Shown one piece after another: positions 12,700 to 23,740 of a DNA stretch of 64,000 nucleotides (positions within the stretch are counted from its first letter, which is position 1; every line of letters begins with the position of its first letter). The DNA lies in NCBI GenBank assembly GCA_002269645.1, contig NIVC01002188.1:1-64000 (forward strand). Direction: 5' to 3'. The DNA is from Macrostomum lignano (taxonomy: Eukaryota). Made by a program: the position numbers and the translations under genes. Under the pieces are notes generated by a model. That model was not told where the DNA came from and did no database searches. It saw only the letters and a list, made by a program, of their open reading frames with translations.

Positions 12700-13190
12700 C
12701 GTTGACATACACAACGACGCAAGATATTCACACTCAACAACCGCAACAACAGCAGCACGACAGTCATGAACAACAACACCAAATGTTGTAATATCGTAGC
12801 GCCTCCAACCGAATCTGGGGCACCGGCGTCAGCCAGCAGGCAGGCGACGAATAAACGCCCAGTGCGTGCGCCTGTCCTGGTCTGCAGCATCAGCAGCAAC
12901 GGTCGTTCCGCACCGATTTTATAAGACTCAGCGCGGGATGATGGGGCCTGCCATCTGGAGTCGCAGCAGGTCGCTTGGATGGACCATGCAGGCAGCATTG
13001 TTGACTCGTTCGATCGTCGCTGCATATCTTGAAGACGGCGCGGCGCGGTACTAGCAGGTCAGCGCGCGTCGCGTCAACTTGCTTTTCGAACGAAACTGTC
13101 GGCGTCCAGGTCTCGGCGTGCTGGATCTCGGTCAGGTAGGGTCTCTCCGACTGCAGGACTATACATACCCGTGACAAACGAAGCCGCCCG
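12700..13190 (-). mobile_element. Decayed LINE 3' remnant
   Basis: DAGAPDSVG..QHLV resembles DCGAPDTVGHLV of the 15392-15790 LINE; (TTG)-rich tail on the minus strand. Confidence 0.5.
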
Positions 13191-13279
13191 GAACCGCTCG
13201 TCCGTCGATATCGATTGCTGCTATTTGATCATTCTTATAGCTTAATGACTGCATAAGTGCAACAGAAGTGCAACAGAAT

Positions 13280-13535
13280 GATAAAATAGATTCATAAAGC
13301 CATGCAATGAGTCAAGTTGTGCTATTTTTATTATTATTAGGCACATAAAATTTACATGTACGATTGTACATGTACGTGTAGGGTATAAAATTAACAAAGA
13401 ATGTTATGAATTCTACGGCAAAAAATATGAATATCAATAGAGCTATAAGAAAGAAGGCAAGAAATCAAAAGATGAACATTGGGTCTGCCTCTTATCTTTT
13501 GTGCTGAAAACAACAACTTTTGTGCTGAAAAATGA
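13280..13535. mobile_element. Partial copy (centre plus one arm) of the 20841-21497 MITE family
   Basis: Shares ATGATAAAATAGATTCATAAA and TATGAATATCAATAGAGC..TAAGAAA...TTTTGTGCTGAAAA with 21190-21420. Confidence 0.7.
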
Positions 13536-14065
13536 GAGCCTCCTACAGTTGCATCTCGTAATGTATGCAGTACAGTATTTTTCGGTAATAACTGCCTCCT
13601 AAAAGTTTCCTGTCCGACTTTATAGTCCTTGACTTGAAATATACATGCACATGAAAAGTGTACTTAATTTCGAAGATATACACATGTAACATGTACCAAT
13701 TGTTGAATGCATGCACTAGCTGCATGGCAACAAGTCAATATAGTCAAGGCGTCACGCAATAACAGTGAGAGGCGCATCTCATGCAATTGGTGGAACCGAT
13801 CTGTCGAAAAGCAGCTGTGATTGCAAACTCTTACATATAATTCTTTTTCTCGAAAACATTCTTCGATTCAGAACCTCGGGTATGCAGAATCGACATCATG
13901 TATTAGCTATAGTACAAGGGTTTTGGGGAATTAAAAAGTTAAAAAATGTTGAACACGCACACTGCAATTTATAAGAGTCACGCACCTGACTTTCTCTTGC
14001 TGTACATGCACTATGTATGAGTATAGAGTACATGAATGCCGTACCAGCTGTAAAATGGGTGCCAG

Positions 14066-14954
14066 GGGAACGCTTCATAAGCGCGCACTGGCAGAGGCGC
14101 GCACCGGCACAAGAGCGCAGCAGCACAAGAGCGCACTGGCAGAGGCGCGCACTTTTGACACGCTGTGGCATAAGCGCGCTGTCAGACTTTGGCGCAAGAG
14201 CGCATTATTTACTCGCTAAGGCACAAGCGCGCATTTCATTTGGCGACTGACTTGATAGTGTAGAAAAATATAAATCAAAGCTGTAGTGCACAAGGGGTGG
14301 TGGGTTAGGGTGTCAACAGAGGTACTTTAGGCACAGTTGGCACAATTGTAAGCATGTACACTGTCGATAGATACCAGACATGCCGGGACACGGCCTGCCC
14401 AGTCAGCAGCAGCCAGACATGCCGGGACACGGCCTGCCCAGTCAGCAGCAACCAGACATGCCGGGACACGGCCTGCCCAGTCAGCAGCAACCAGACATGC
14501 CGGGACACGGCCTGCCCAGTCAGCAGCAACCAGACATGCCGGGACACGGCCTGCCCAGTCAGCAGCAGCCGGGATTTCTGCAGCTGCTCTTTTCCTTTTG
14601 ACTGCGTTTTAATTTTAATTTTAATGTTTACTTTTAATTCGATTTTTTTTTCGTACAAATACAATCGACTACTTCGTGACAGACGATGGAGCAACTTGAA
14701 TGCTTTTATTTATTGCATTGCGCGCTTGTGCCAAACTTTGACTGCGCGCTTTTGCAACACAGAGCCAGAAGTGCGCGCTTACTTATGCCAGTGCGGTCTT
14801 GTGATGGTGCGCGCTTATGCCAATGCTGAGCACTTTCTACCGCGCTCTTGTGCAAGTCAAAACGTGCGCGCTTATGCCTCTGCGCGCCTGTGCCAGACTT
14901 TGACATAAAATACACAGGCGCGCTTGTGCCGGTGCGCGCTTATGATGGCGACCC
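14066..14954. mobile_element. Foldback/MITE-like element with modular GCGCGC-containing inverted arms
   Basis: Left arm (14066-14240) repeats CATAAGCGCGCAC(T/C)GGCA; right arm (14715-14954) repeats the reverse complement GTGCGCGCTTATG; no TSD identified. Confidence 0.6.
14374..14568. repeat. 39-bp tandem repeat x5 (CCAGACATGCCGGGACACGGCCTGCCCAGTCAGCAGCAA)
   Basis: Nearly identical copies inside the foldback element; reads MPGHGLPSQQQPD in one frame. Confidence 0.95.
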
Positions 14955-15391
14955 GGTGCCAGCATTAGCTGGGATAATTGCAGAGGGTATGTGTGGCGAC
15001 CCCCTTGGACTGAACATGCAGCCGTACTCAGCTTTCAGATGCGCCGCGTGCAATAGCTGCGGCTGAGCTGTCGGTTGCACATCTGCCAATTATAGGGCAA
15101 GTGTAATCAATTATTATTTATTTATTAGCTTTATTAATGTCCATGTACATGCAAGTTTTTTATTCCAAATTGGGTATGCGCAATGTAATTTCCAGCAGAT
15201 TACATTACATGTATAAAATACATATTGGACTTTTCCTACAATATCGACGGATACCGCTTTTGGGCAATTAAGATTTGCCGTCGATTGAATTAAGATCTGC
15301 GCAAAGCTTGACTCATTTGTAAGCCCAATCGTTCAGCAGATGAGCGAGAAGCACGGAAGAAAGCGCAAAGTAACTGCTGCTGCCGCCGCCG

Positions 15392-15790
15392 CTTCTTCTT
15401 CTTCTTCTTCTATCCGGCTCGCCGTTAGAGTACTGCGCGGTGCTAAGAGAGGCGGAGGCCAACGCCCCATGCTGCGAAGGAGGGCAAAGGGGCGACCGTG
15501 CCGATCCTCCAACGGGTCGTCGCTGCCGAACAGGCGGAGGCGAGCGGCGTCCCCTCGGGGACAGCGGCGAACGAGGTGGCCGACGGTATCCGGGGCGCCG
15601 CAGTCGGGGCAGGCGTCGGATTCCTGTAGGCCGATGCGGGCGCGGGTGACGGCGCAGAGGGTGCTGACGCCAGCACGGAGCTGGTTCGTGGCGACGCTCG
15701 GTCGGGTGGAGCGGAGGGCCCAGGACCTGAGCGTCAAAGGCGCTACGATCTCGGCGGATGGCGGTGCGTGCTGTCTGAAGACTGATGGCA
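15392..15790 (-). mobile_element. 5'-truncated LINE 3' end with CCHC zinc knuckle and (GAA)n tail
   Basis: QLRAGVSTL...RIGLQESDACPDCGAPDTVGHLVRRCP followed by (GAA)6 on the minus strand (15411-15392). 5' boundary approximate. Confidence 0.8.
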
Positions 15791-16814
15791 GCCGTGGCTT
15801 GTGGCAGCATGGCGGCCTCGGCGGCGGCGGTGTCTGCTGCATCGTTGCCGTCGATTCCTGCGTGGCCTGGCAACCAAATGAAGGTGACGGTGGTGCTGCT
15901 GCGGCTTCCAGCAGTGAATCATCTGAAGACGACAGCAGTTCAGTTGATGAACAGCCAGTTAGTAAGCGGCAAAGTAGGATCAGTAGCTCGATTCTGAGGC
16001 TGACTGTCAGAGTATTATGGCCAAAAGCGTCGACTTCGAGCATGATGGCTCTGTACTACCCAGCCACGAGCAGCGACGGGAGCAGCTCAATATTAACTAT
16101 GTTGGTGCTTCAACTTCAGAGGTTCTAAAAGAGATGCCTGTACTTTTTCCTGTGCGAATCGCCCGGTGTCAGGATAAAACAGTTGCTGAAGAAGTGGAGT
16201 TATACCAACCGCTCACTCTGCTGCCTGCAATCCTTCAGGAGGCGCATCTTATGATACAAACGTACAATAAGAGTAAGACGGATTATATCCTCCAGTCGGG
16301 ACCTGATCAAATCCACAGTAACATCACGACAGCGCTCATGAAAATCCACGACCAGCGAAGGAACCTGAAAAACTTCAAGCTTTGCAAGGAGTATATTGGA
16401 GCCGTTGACTCTGATGACAAAAGAATGTGCGCTGCTACAATTGTCTCCTTCTGGGTCGCCTAAAAATCAAACCAGATAAGATTTTTGATTCTGCACTGCC
16501 GGTCCGTATTCTAAAATATGAAAAACATAACTGGTGCGGTGGTTGCGTTAATGGTGCGACTCTTTTGTTTGATAGACCTTCAAAAGCGTTATTACTTATA
16601 TTTTAGTCTACGTTGCGTTTAACTTGCAACATGCATGTACCTGCATTGGAGCCGTTCCTCGAAGCAACCGAGGTTCTGTCAAAGCTGCGCGCAGTCGATC
16701 AGCAGTTTCGCGTAGTTTGGCGAAGACGGTAATTACGGCTTATGTATATTGTAAAGTTTGACTTTGTTTGGCAGTGCTTTTTATAGACTGGTTATATGTA
16801 AAAGTTAGGGAAAT

Positions 16815-16922
16815 ATATCTCTCAGAATTGCCCTTAAATATCCCACAGAATCCCCCTAAATATCCTTATAAATCGCCCTTAAACATCCCTCAGAATCGCC
16901 CTTAAATATCCCTCAGAGCTGC
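16815..16922. repeat. ~23-bp tandem repeat x4-5 (AGAATCGCCCTTAAATATCCCTC)
   Basis: Direct observation. Confidence 0.85.
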
Positions 16923-17201
16923 CCAAACAGTTCTCACATTTGCTCGCACTTTAATCAGCAATTATTTTTCTTATTATGCGATGATTTATTTGATTATATA
17001 TGTGGCTACGCTGGTTTTCATCAGTAGCTGTCTCATTTTTTTATATTGCAATACTTAAAACCCCAGATTTTTATAAAAACTTATATTTTGTATAAAAATT
17101 CTGTTAATAATATTCACTAAAACAATTTGCATTGTCGTTACTTTATAGATACCAGTATATAGGGTTGTACCAGTAAAATGTCAAAATATACGAGGGGGTG
17201 T

Positions 17202-17235
17202 CCCAGAAGTAGTGTCACTTTTGCTTGCTTCCACA
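17202..17235 (+). mobile_element. Solitary mariner-type TIR remnant
   Basis: TACGAGGGGGTGTCCCAGAAGTAGTGTCACTTT resembles the TIR of the 39395-40390 element. Confidence 0.45.
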
Positions 17236-17453
17236 AGCATTAATGAGTGTTAAAAATCGTATGCCTTTTAGCGGCTTTATATTAGCATTCATGCCACGAA
17301 AATCCGATTTTTATAAGTGCTTCCTGCTGTAAGCAGCAGGCAATTGTTTGCATACCCTCAGCCATAGAAATACACACCGCATAGTGCTTTCTCAGAAGAA
17401 AGCCACAGAGCTGATCAAGCAGAGTTGCAAGACAGCAAGATAGCTCGTATTTG

Positions 17454-18360
17454 CTACTCACCATTTTACCTCCCTACATGTATTTTGAACAGTGTTGTTC
17501 ATAAGAAACAAGCAGAACTTCAATTCAAACACTTAAAAGAAATCTCAGCGCTTTCGGAAATTCAATTCAAACAAATTAAGTCCCTTTCTATTGAAACAGA
17601 TGAAGAAGTTCAATTCAGACTGTATGGGGCCAAAATTGTCCCTGAGGTGGACACATATGAGCAGATCGGAAATTCAAAAGAAACAAAGCTATACATTCTA
17701 TATTTCGACAGAGATTTGAGCAAATGGAAATTTAATTCTAACGTTCTTATTTTATTTTTTTATTGTACTGCATAATTGTACAGTTATTGCACACTAAGAA
17801 TTGACGTGAGTGCAAAATAAGAATAAAGATCTGATTGAAGAAGACGTTAAATTGCTAGAAGAGGACGGAATCGATGAAGTTTGAACCAACAGTGACAGAG
17901 ACTATCATCGATCAAGGCTGCTGATCATGGGGATGACTTGCTGCTGGAACTGGCGCGCCAACTTGGAGTCAACAGCATACATGTACATGTATGAGGTTAG
18001 GGAGAGCGGAGAGAAGTCCAAGGATGGCAAGACATTCTGCATAACATGGTGGACAGAATTCCGTCGGCTGCATCTCTGCGGAAAAATGCACTGCTGATGA
18101 GTGGTTCAACCATGTTTACATACGTCCCTTGCTGCCTGGCCAGGTGGTCAGGCAATTAATGGTTTTAGGTGGAGTCACTCGGAGACAGACGTACAGTCGT
18201 CTGAATCGAACTTCATCTGCATGATCTGTTTCAAAAGAAAGGGACTTTGTTTGAGTTGAATTTCCGCAAGCGCTGAGATTTCTTAGTGTTTAAATTGAAT
18301 TTTTCTGCGCTTGATTCTTTTGAACAAAGACTGTTGAAAAGAAGAGGTAAATGGTGTAGT
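17454..18360. mobile_element. Old inverted-repeat element, ~170-bp arms (17454-17626 / 18190-18360)
   Basis: Arms align in reverse complement, e.g. AAGAAATCTCAGCGCTT(T/G)CGGAAATTCAA(T/C)TCAAACAAA..GTCCCTTTCT(A/T)TTGAAACAGAT. Confidence 0.7.
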
Positions 18361-20840
18361 ACCACAGTACATTAGTTCACTCAGTTATTAACTTTGTTTT
18401 ATTAAAGCAAAAACATGCACAAAATTATTTCCTTCGTTGGAATTTAATTCCCTACCACCTCGGTCCTCGGGATTAGCGTTGTCAGGCAGATGCCGCGCAG
18501 GCCATTGTCGTAGAACCATCCCCAGTCATGTACAAGTACATTTAGAATTCTCGGCTTAAAATCCATGGCGACGCCCCCTGGCTCCAGTCGTCCTTACCCA
18601 AGACGACAGAAGCTTGCAAAATAAACAAAAAATACGAATATAAGTAGCAACGAGTAGCAACTTCAGTATTTCGTATACTAAACAAAAACTTGATTTAAAT
18701 GAGAACAGCAACATTGCTTTTTGACGTTCTTTTCAACATCCACAGCGTTTTATTTATGCAACGATGGCAAACTGTTTATTTAGCTTTGAATTAGAAAAAT
18801 ATTAGAACCAACATGCGTAGCAGTACAGAAACAACAGCAAATATAGTTTGGAAATTAAGTATTAAAAACAACAAACTATAATTAAAAACTATGATGTATT
18901 ATTTAGCTATTAACAGACAGGCAAATAGTGTCAGGTTGTATATTCAAGTTATAACCCAAATCTTTTAATAAGACTTAATTAAACAGAGAAATCGGCTCTC
19001 GGGCCTACAAAAAATGTCTACTCCCGCAGATATGCAATATTAGCTTAGTGTGGGTTTTTAGCTACTTAATGACAATTAAAACTGAATATTTTTCAATTAG
19101 ATCGAATTGCGAGAGTAATGCCTTTCACCAGAAAGTGCCCCGCGCCAATCCACGCCAATCACCTGCAACGTGCCACATATTTACTACCAATTTCGTTCGT
19201 TGAGCCTAATTCAAGCACATGCAAATAGCTATTAGCTAACACACACACTTCATCAGGAAATGCAACAACGAAACAGTTCAACATAGTGTTTGAATTCAAC
19301 TTCAACTTTGTAACTGGACAATAAATGATTTAACTCAGACAATACCTCGATCTTTGGTAGGCACAAAATAAAACAGTGCAGTTTCTGCATGCTGCTTTTT
19401 GGACAAGAACTCGAATTTGAGAAGAAAAAGCAACTTTTGTCATTGTAACGTACATGCGATATGTTGGAGAACTGAAGTATCTACGCGAACCAAAGACTAA
19501 ATTACGAGTAGAACATCAAAAAAGCCAGGAATTTTTGTGGCTTTTGTTAGCCTGTTTAATGCATTTGGCCATTAGGAATGAAATCTGTGGCTATGCCAAG
19601 CGCTTTCCAGATGAGACTTGCCCTAATACCCGTCCACGCTCCCTTGCAATATCCCGTTTCGAAACCGAGGAAATCGCTTAGATGGTTTAAGCAGACAATG
19701 CAATAAGATTTGCAATATGCAATGTTGCTTTCAATTGAGCGATTTTGCTAAGGTTGGCATCGAAGCTTCAATAATCAATAATAGTACAGACCAAGGATCG
19801 ATTGATAAATTGCCGGTATATAGCTATAGCTACCGTTCAGATGGAAAGTTCTCAAGTATTGTTGGTAAAGCTTTTCAGTGTGGTTTTCTTTTTGGCAGAA
19901 GCATAGTAGCCAAAAGTTTTGTGACATGAGCGGATCGATGAAAAGCCACATCATCATGTATAGCTTAATTCCATCGAAGAAGAAAGAGCTTAACACTGAT
20001 AGCCTGGCTGGGTTTGAAAAAATTAAATCAGCCATTTTTGTTACTTTTGAACCATTTGATTACGTGATTAACCGTGCCTTGTTTCGTGTGACTTTTTAAA
20101 TTTGAAAACAGGCCTTCAGAGATTGCCTTTAAGTTTTACCTTTTAATGCGTCGTATAGAAGCTTTATAAAAAACAAGAACTCCTAGCTATTGAAAGCAAA
20201 CAGCACGTTTCCCCCACACTATGATGCCTCGCATTTAAAAGTAGAACATATTATTACTATTATTATTTAGTTGTTCACTTTTTAATCGATGTGTTATTAC
20301 ATATAGAGTTTGTTTTTGAAGATCAAGAGTACGGATAATAACAAATTAAAAGTGAAGAAAGTGAAGAGCGAACAGTCGAATCGAATAAACAAAATTGTAG
20401 CTCTCGCGAGTAAGGATTGCGGCAACGCGAACTCATCTTCGACCATTTGTGCGCTGCAGTACAGTTCTTGATCTTGCAGAAGTTGCCAACACAGGAAAGG
20501 CTGAAACAGTTGCGAATATGAGGTTATGCAGCAACTGCCGATTATGGGCGATGCAGTGAAGAATTTTACATGATTTTCCCTGGTTAATTGTTCCTTGTAG
20601 TATAGCTTTTACTGGGACTTTTTGAACAGTGCATTTGAAACCATACCGGCAGGTAGCATTTATAACTACTTGTAGTAGCATGATTGAAAAAGCTGTTGCT
20701 AATCTGTAACTTTTAAGACAGGTTCGTATAGAAATGGAGATAGCAGCTTATTGCAGGGTAAATGCAAAAATAAGTCGACTAATCTACCCATCCACAATAT
20801 CCGTGCACTGCAACATTTAAGGACTATCATGCAGTAGATT

Positions 20841-21497
20841 GACGGGAAATCTCGTTTCTTGGAAAATTTTAAGAGGCAGGTTTTTCCCGAAGAAATACAC
20901 TACGGAGATAGGTTTTCATTTTTTCAGCACAAAATTGTAATTGCTTTCGATAGAAGGCAGATCCAGTGTTCATATTTTGATATGTTGTGCCTTTCTTATT
21001 GCTCTATTGATATTCATAAAGCTTTTTGTTCAGAAAACTAGGATGCTGCTATTTCTAGATTCTACGTACCTTTCCTGTGCGTAAAAATCATGAAAATGAT
21101 TTTCATGAATATCTTTAGTAGCGTTTGTAACTTTTGTGAAATCAAATGCAGCAATCTCTGTTACACATATCTGTTACACAGCAGCTAAAAATGATAAAAT
21201 AGATTCATAAAACCCATGAGCTGGCCGTGCCACTTTAATTAACCTCACAGAAAACAGGAAAAATGTTAGTTGAATAAGAAATTAACATAGAATCCTATTT
21301 TCCTGAACGAAAAGCTTTATGAATATCAATAGAGCAATAAGAAATTAAGGCACATCATATCAAAAGATTTACACTGGATTTGTCTTCTATCGAAAGCAAT
21401 AACAATTTTTGTGCTGAAAATGAACTTTATTTCTCCGTAGTGTACTTTTAAAAAAAGACCTTTATCTAAAATTCTCCAAGAAATGAGGTTTCCCGTC
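20841..21497. mobile_element. MITE with long (>200 bp) diverged inverted arms
   Basis: GACGGGAAA(T/C)CTC(G/A)TTTCTTGGA...CACTACGGAGA...TTTTCAGCACAAAA(A)TTG matches the reverse complement of the right end. Confidence 0.8.
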
Positions 21498-23559
21498 CTT
21501 ACTTGAGTAGTCCTTGGCCACATTGAGTAAGAGGGGTCCGTGCCACATGTAAAGAAAAATAATGATGAACCACAATAAGCTGGGCGCTGTTGCTGTTGCA
21601 ATTGGTTGGTGTTACCCATCGGAAGTTAAATAAGTTTACAGGAATCAATAAATTCGATGATAATGACGTTTTTCAGCCAGAAGAATGCAATTGAGCAGAT
21701 ATGAGTTGTGATTGAAGGTTTCTCAAAATCAAAGATCTAAATACCTTCACGTCTCTTTAATCAGACGCCATTACTGAATTAATTACTAATGAAATATCTT
21801 CAGTAGCGTTTGTAACTTTTGTGAAATCAAATGCAGCAATAGAAGTTATAGCAGCTTTTTTAGATCAAGAATAGTCAAATGAAGAGATTTGATTAAAAAT
21901 CAGTGGGTACGAAAGATTTCTTGCTTTCTTTTATACGTACGTTGGTGGTGAAATTGCGTATTACGCAGGTGGAAACGGGAATTTTATTCTGTGGCAATGT
22001 AAGCGCATTTTGAACTCGGTAGCTTAATGTAAATTATTGATCGGTGAGCCACTGAGCCAAATGCGCTACACAAAGAGCTTGCTTGATTGAAAAGCAGATT
22101 GATGTACTTTGTACGAGTTTCTACGAAGTACATGTTAGAAACATTTTATGTAATTTAGTAATGATATGCCAATGGTAAATTTTGTGATAAGATCGAAGTG
22201 AAAGCAAGCTACAAGGCACTGATTTAAGTATCCGGCTGCAAAGATGGTCGTCTTGGCTTTTTCACTCGATATGAACAGGAATAAGAGGGTGTTTAATAAA
22301 GTTCCGGACTAAAAGTAAAGTTGCACTCTGGGTGATATTGTAATCATTACTCTGAGAGTCAGGTGTGTTAGACACGCTGGGGGTGCCGCTGTACACGCCT
22401 CTGTACTCTGGTGGGGGTTGAGGTGTGGGAGTGTTGGCCGCGCCGGCCGGTTTAAAACCCCTGCACCCAGCCCGTCTTGCATTTGTCTTAGCCGCTCTTT
22501 CTCAATTATTTGTCTCTTTCGAATTAATGAATAAGCACTCGTTTAAATAAAAAAAACGCTTCGCTTAATTCCATTGGGATCCGCTTTCTCGGCCGCTGCC
22601 AGCTTTTTCGCAACCGCTTTGACAATTGTTTAACTCCTTCCAGTGTGTTTAAACGATGAGTACATCACAACGCGGTATCTGTTGTTTGCTTGTTTGTATC
22701 TTGCACAAAAATAGAAAGGCTTTACTGCATATGTATACCTAGGCGTCAAAATTTCGTTTCAAAGCAACCCATCCACTCAAATCTAAATCTATCGCAATGG
22801 AACTGTCGCGCACCCACGTGCAAGCGATGATTTATTTCGATTACAAATCGAATCTAAACCAGTCGGAATGCCTAGAGCGGCTTCGCTTAGCCTTTAGATT
22901 TAGAGATAGTGCACCTTCAAGAACAACCATTTTCGACTAGTTTGCTAAATGTTGTCGAGCCAAACTTCGCTTGAAGACGAAAGTCGAGCTGGACGACCAC
23001 CAAGCTCGACAACTGATGCCGTGGCTGCAGTGCAGGCACTGATCGACGAAATCCATGATCAACGGTGCAAGTTTGCCACTGCTGTCGGCATTTATCGGGG
23101 AGTATCGTATGTTGACCAATGACTATTCTGCAGAAAAAGCTCGGGTTGAGGTGCCTGCCCGCTGGGGTGCCTTATCACCTGACTATGGAGCAGAAGCAAG
23201 ATCGGGTCGATTTTTGCCAATCCCAGCTATACTGATACACGTCACCAAGCAGATGACGGCTGTTTTCGTGGCTCGTAGACGCACAGTGGCAGTGAACAGT
23301 GACTGCCAGCTGGTATGTGACTGTGTGTATGCCTCGGATGCTGCAAGCTGTTGCTGAAAGATACCCAAAGACGCGACATGGGGACCACTATTCCACCAGG
23401 TCAACGCCACGGCCCACACAGCTCGACAACTTGGACAAACTATCGAGCTCATGGAGTAGAGAATTGTCCAGCTTCAGCATCCACCTTAGAGCCTTGAATT
23501 GGCCCCAAATTGGAGCTTCACTTGAGTAGCCAGAAATGGCTATTAAGGCACTCTACGTG

Positions 23560-23740
23560 TGTTAGTATCGGCTTGTGTGTGCGTCGGTATGCTGTCTTTG
23601 GCCAAACCCATAGAGTTGTAATGAGCAAAGGCAGCGCTAAAGAATAAATAAAAAAGAACGAAAGAAGGCAAAGTAAGCCGCGAGAGCATGCAGCTTGATT
23701 GTCAAGTGAAAGTGATTCAATAATCGACTCCGAGCTAACA
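23560..23740 (+). repeat. 5' LTR (181 bp)
   Basis: TGTTAGTATC...GAGCTAACA; no difference seen from the 3' LTR. Confidence 0.97.

Noticed and set aside
18440-18570. Minus-strand ATGGATTTTAAGCCGAGAATT resembling the start of the 24-bp array (ATGGATTATAAGCCAAGGATT, ~42227)
   Set aside because: 17/21 match only, with no extension; compatible with chance.
19454-20099. Short consecutive plus-strand ORFs
   Set aside because: Coding-like but unassignable; likely decayed TE.
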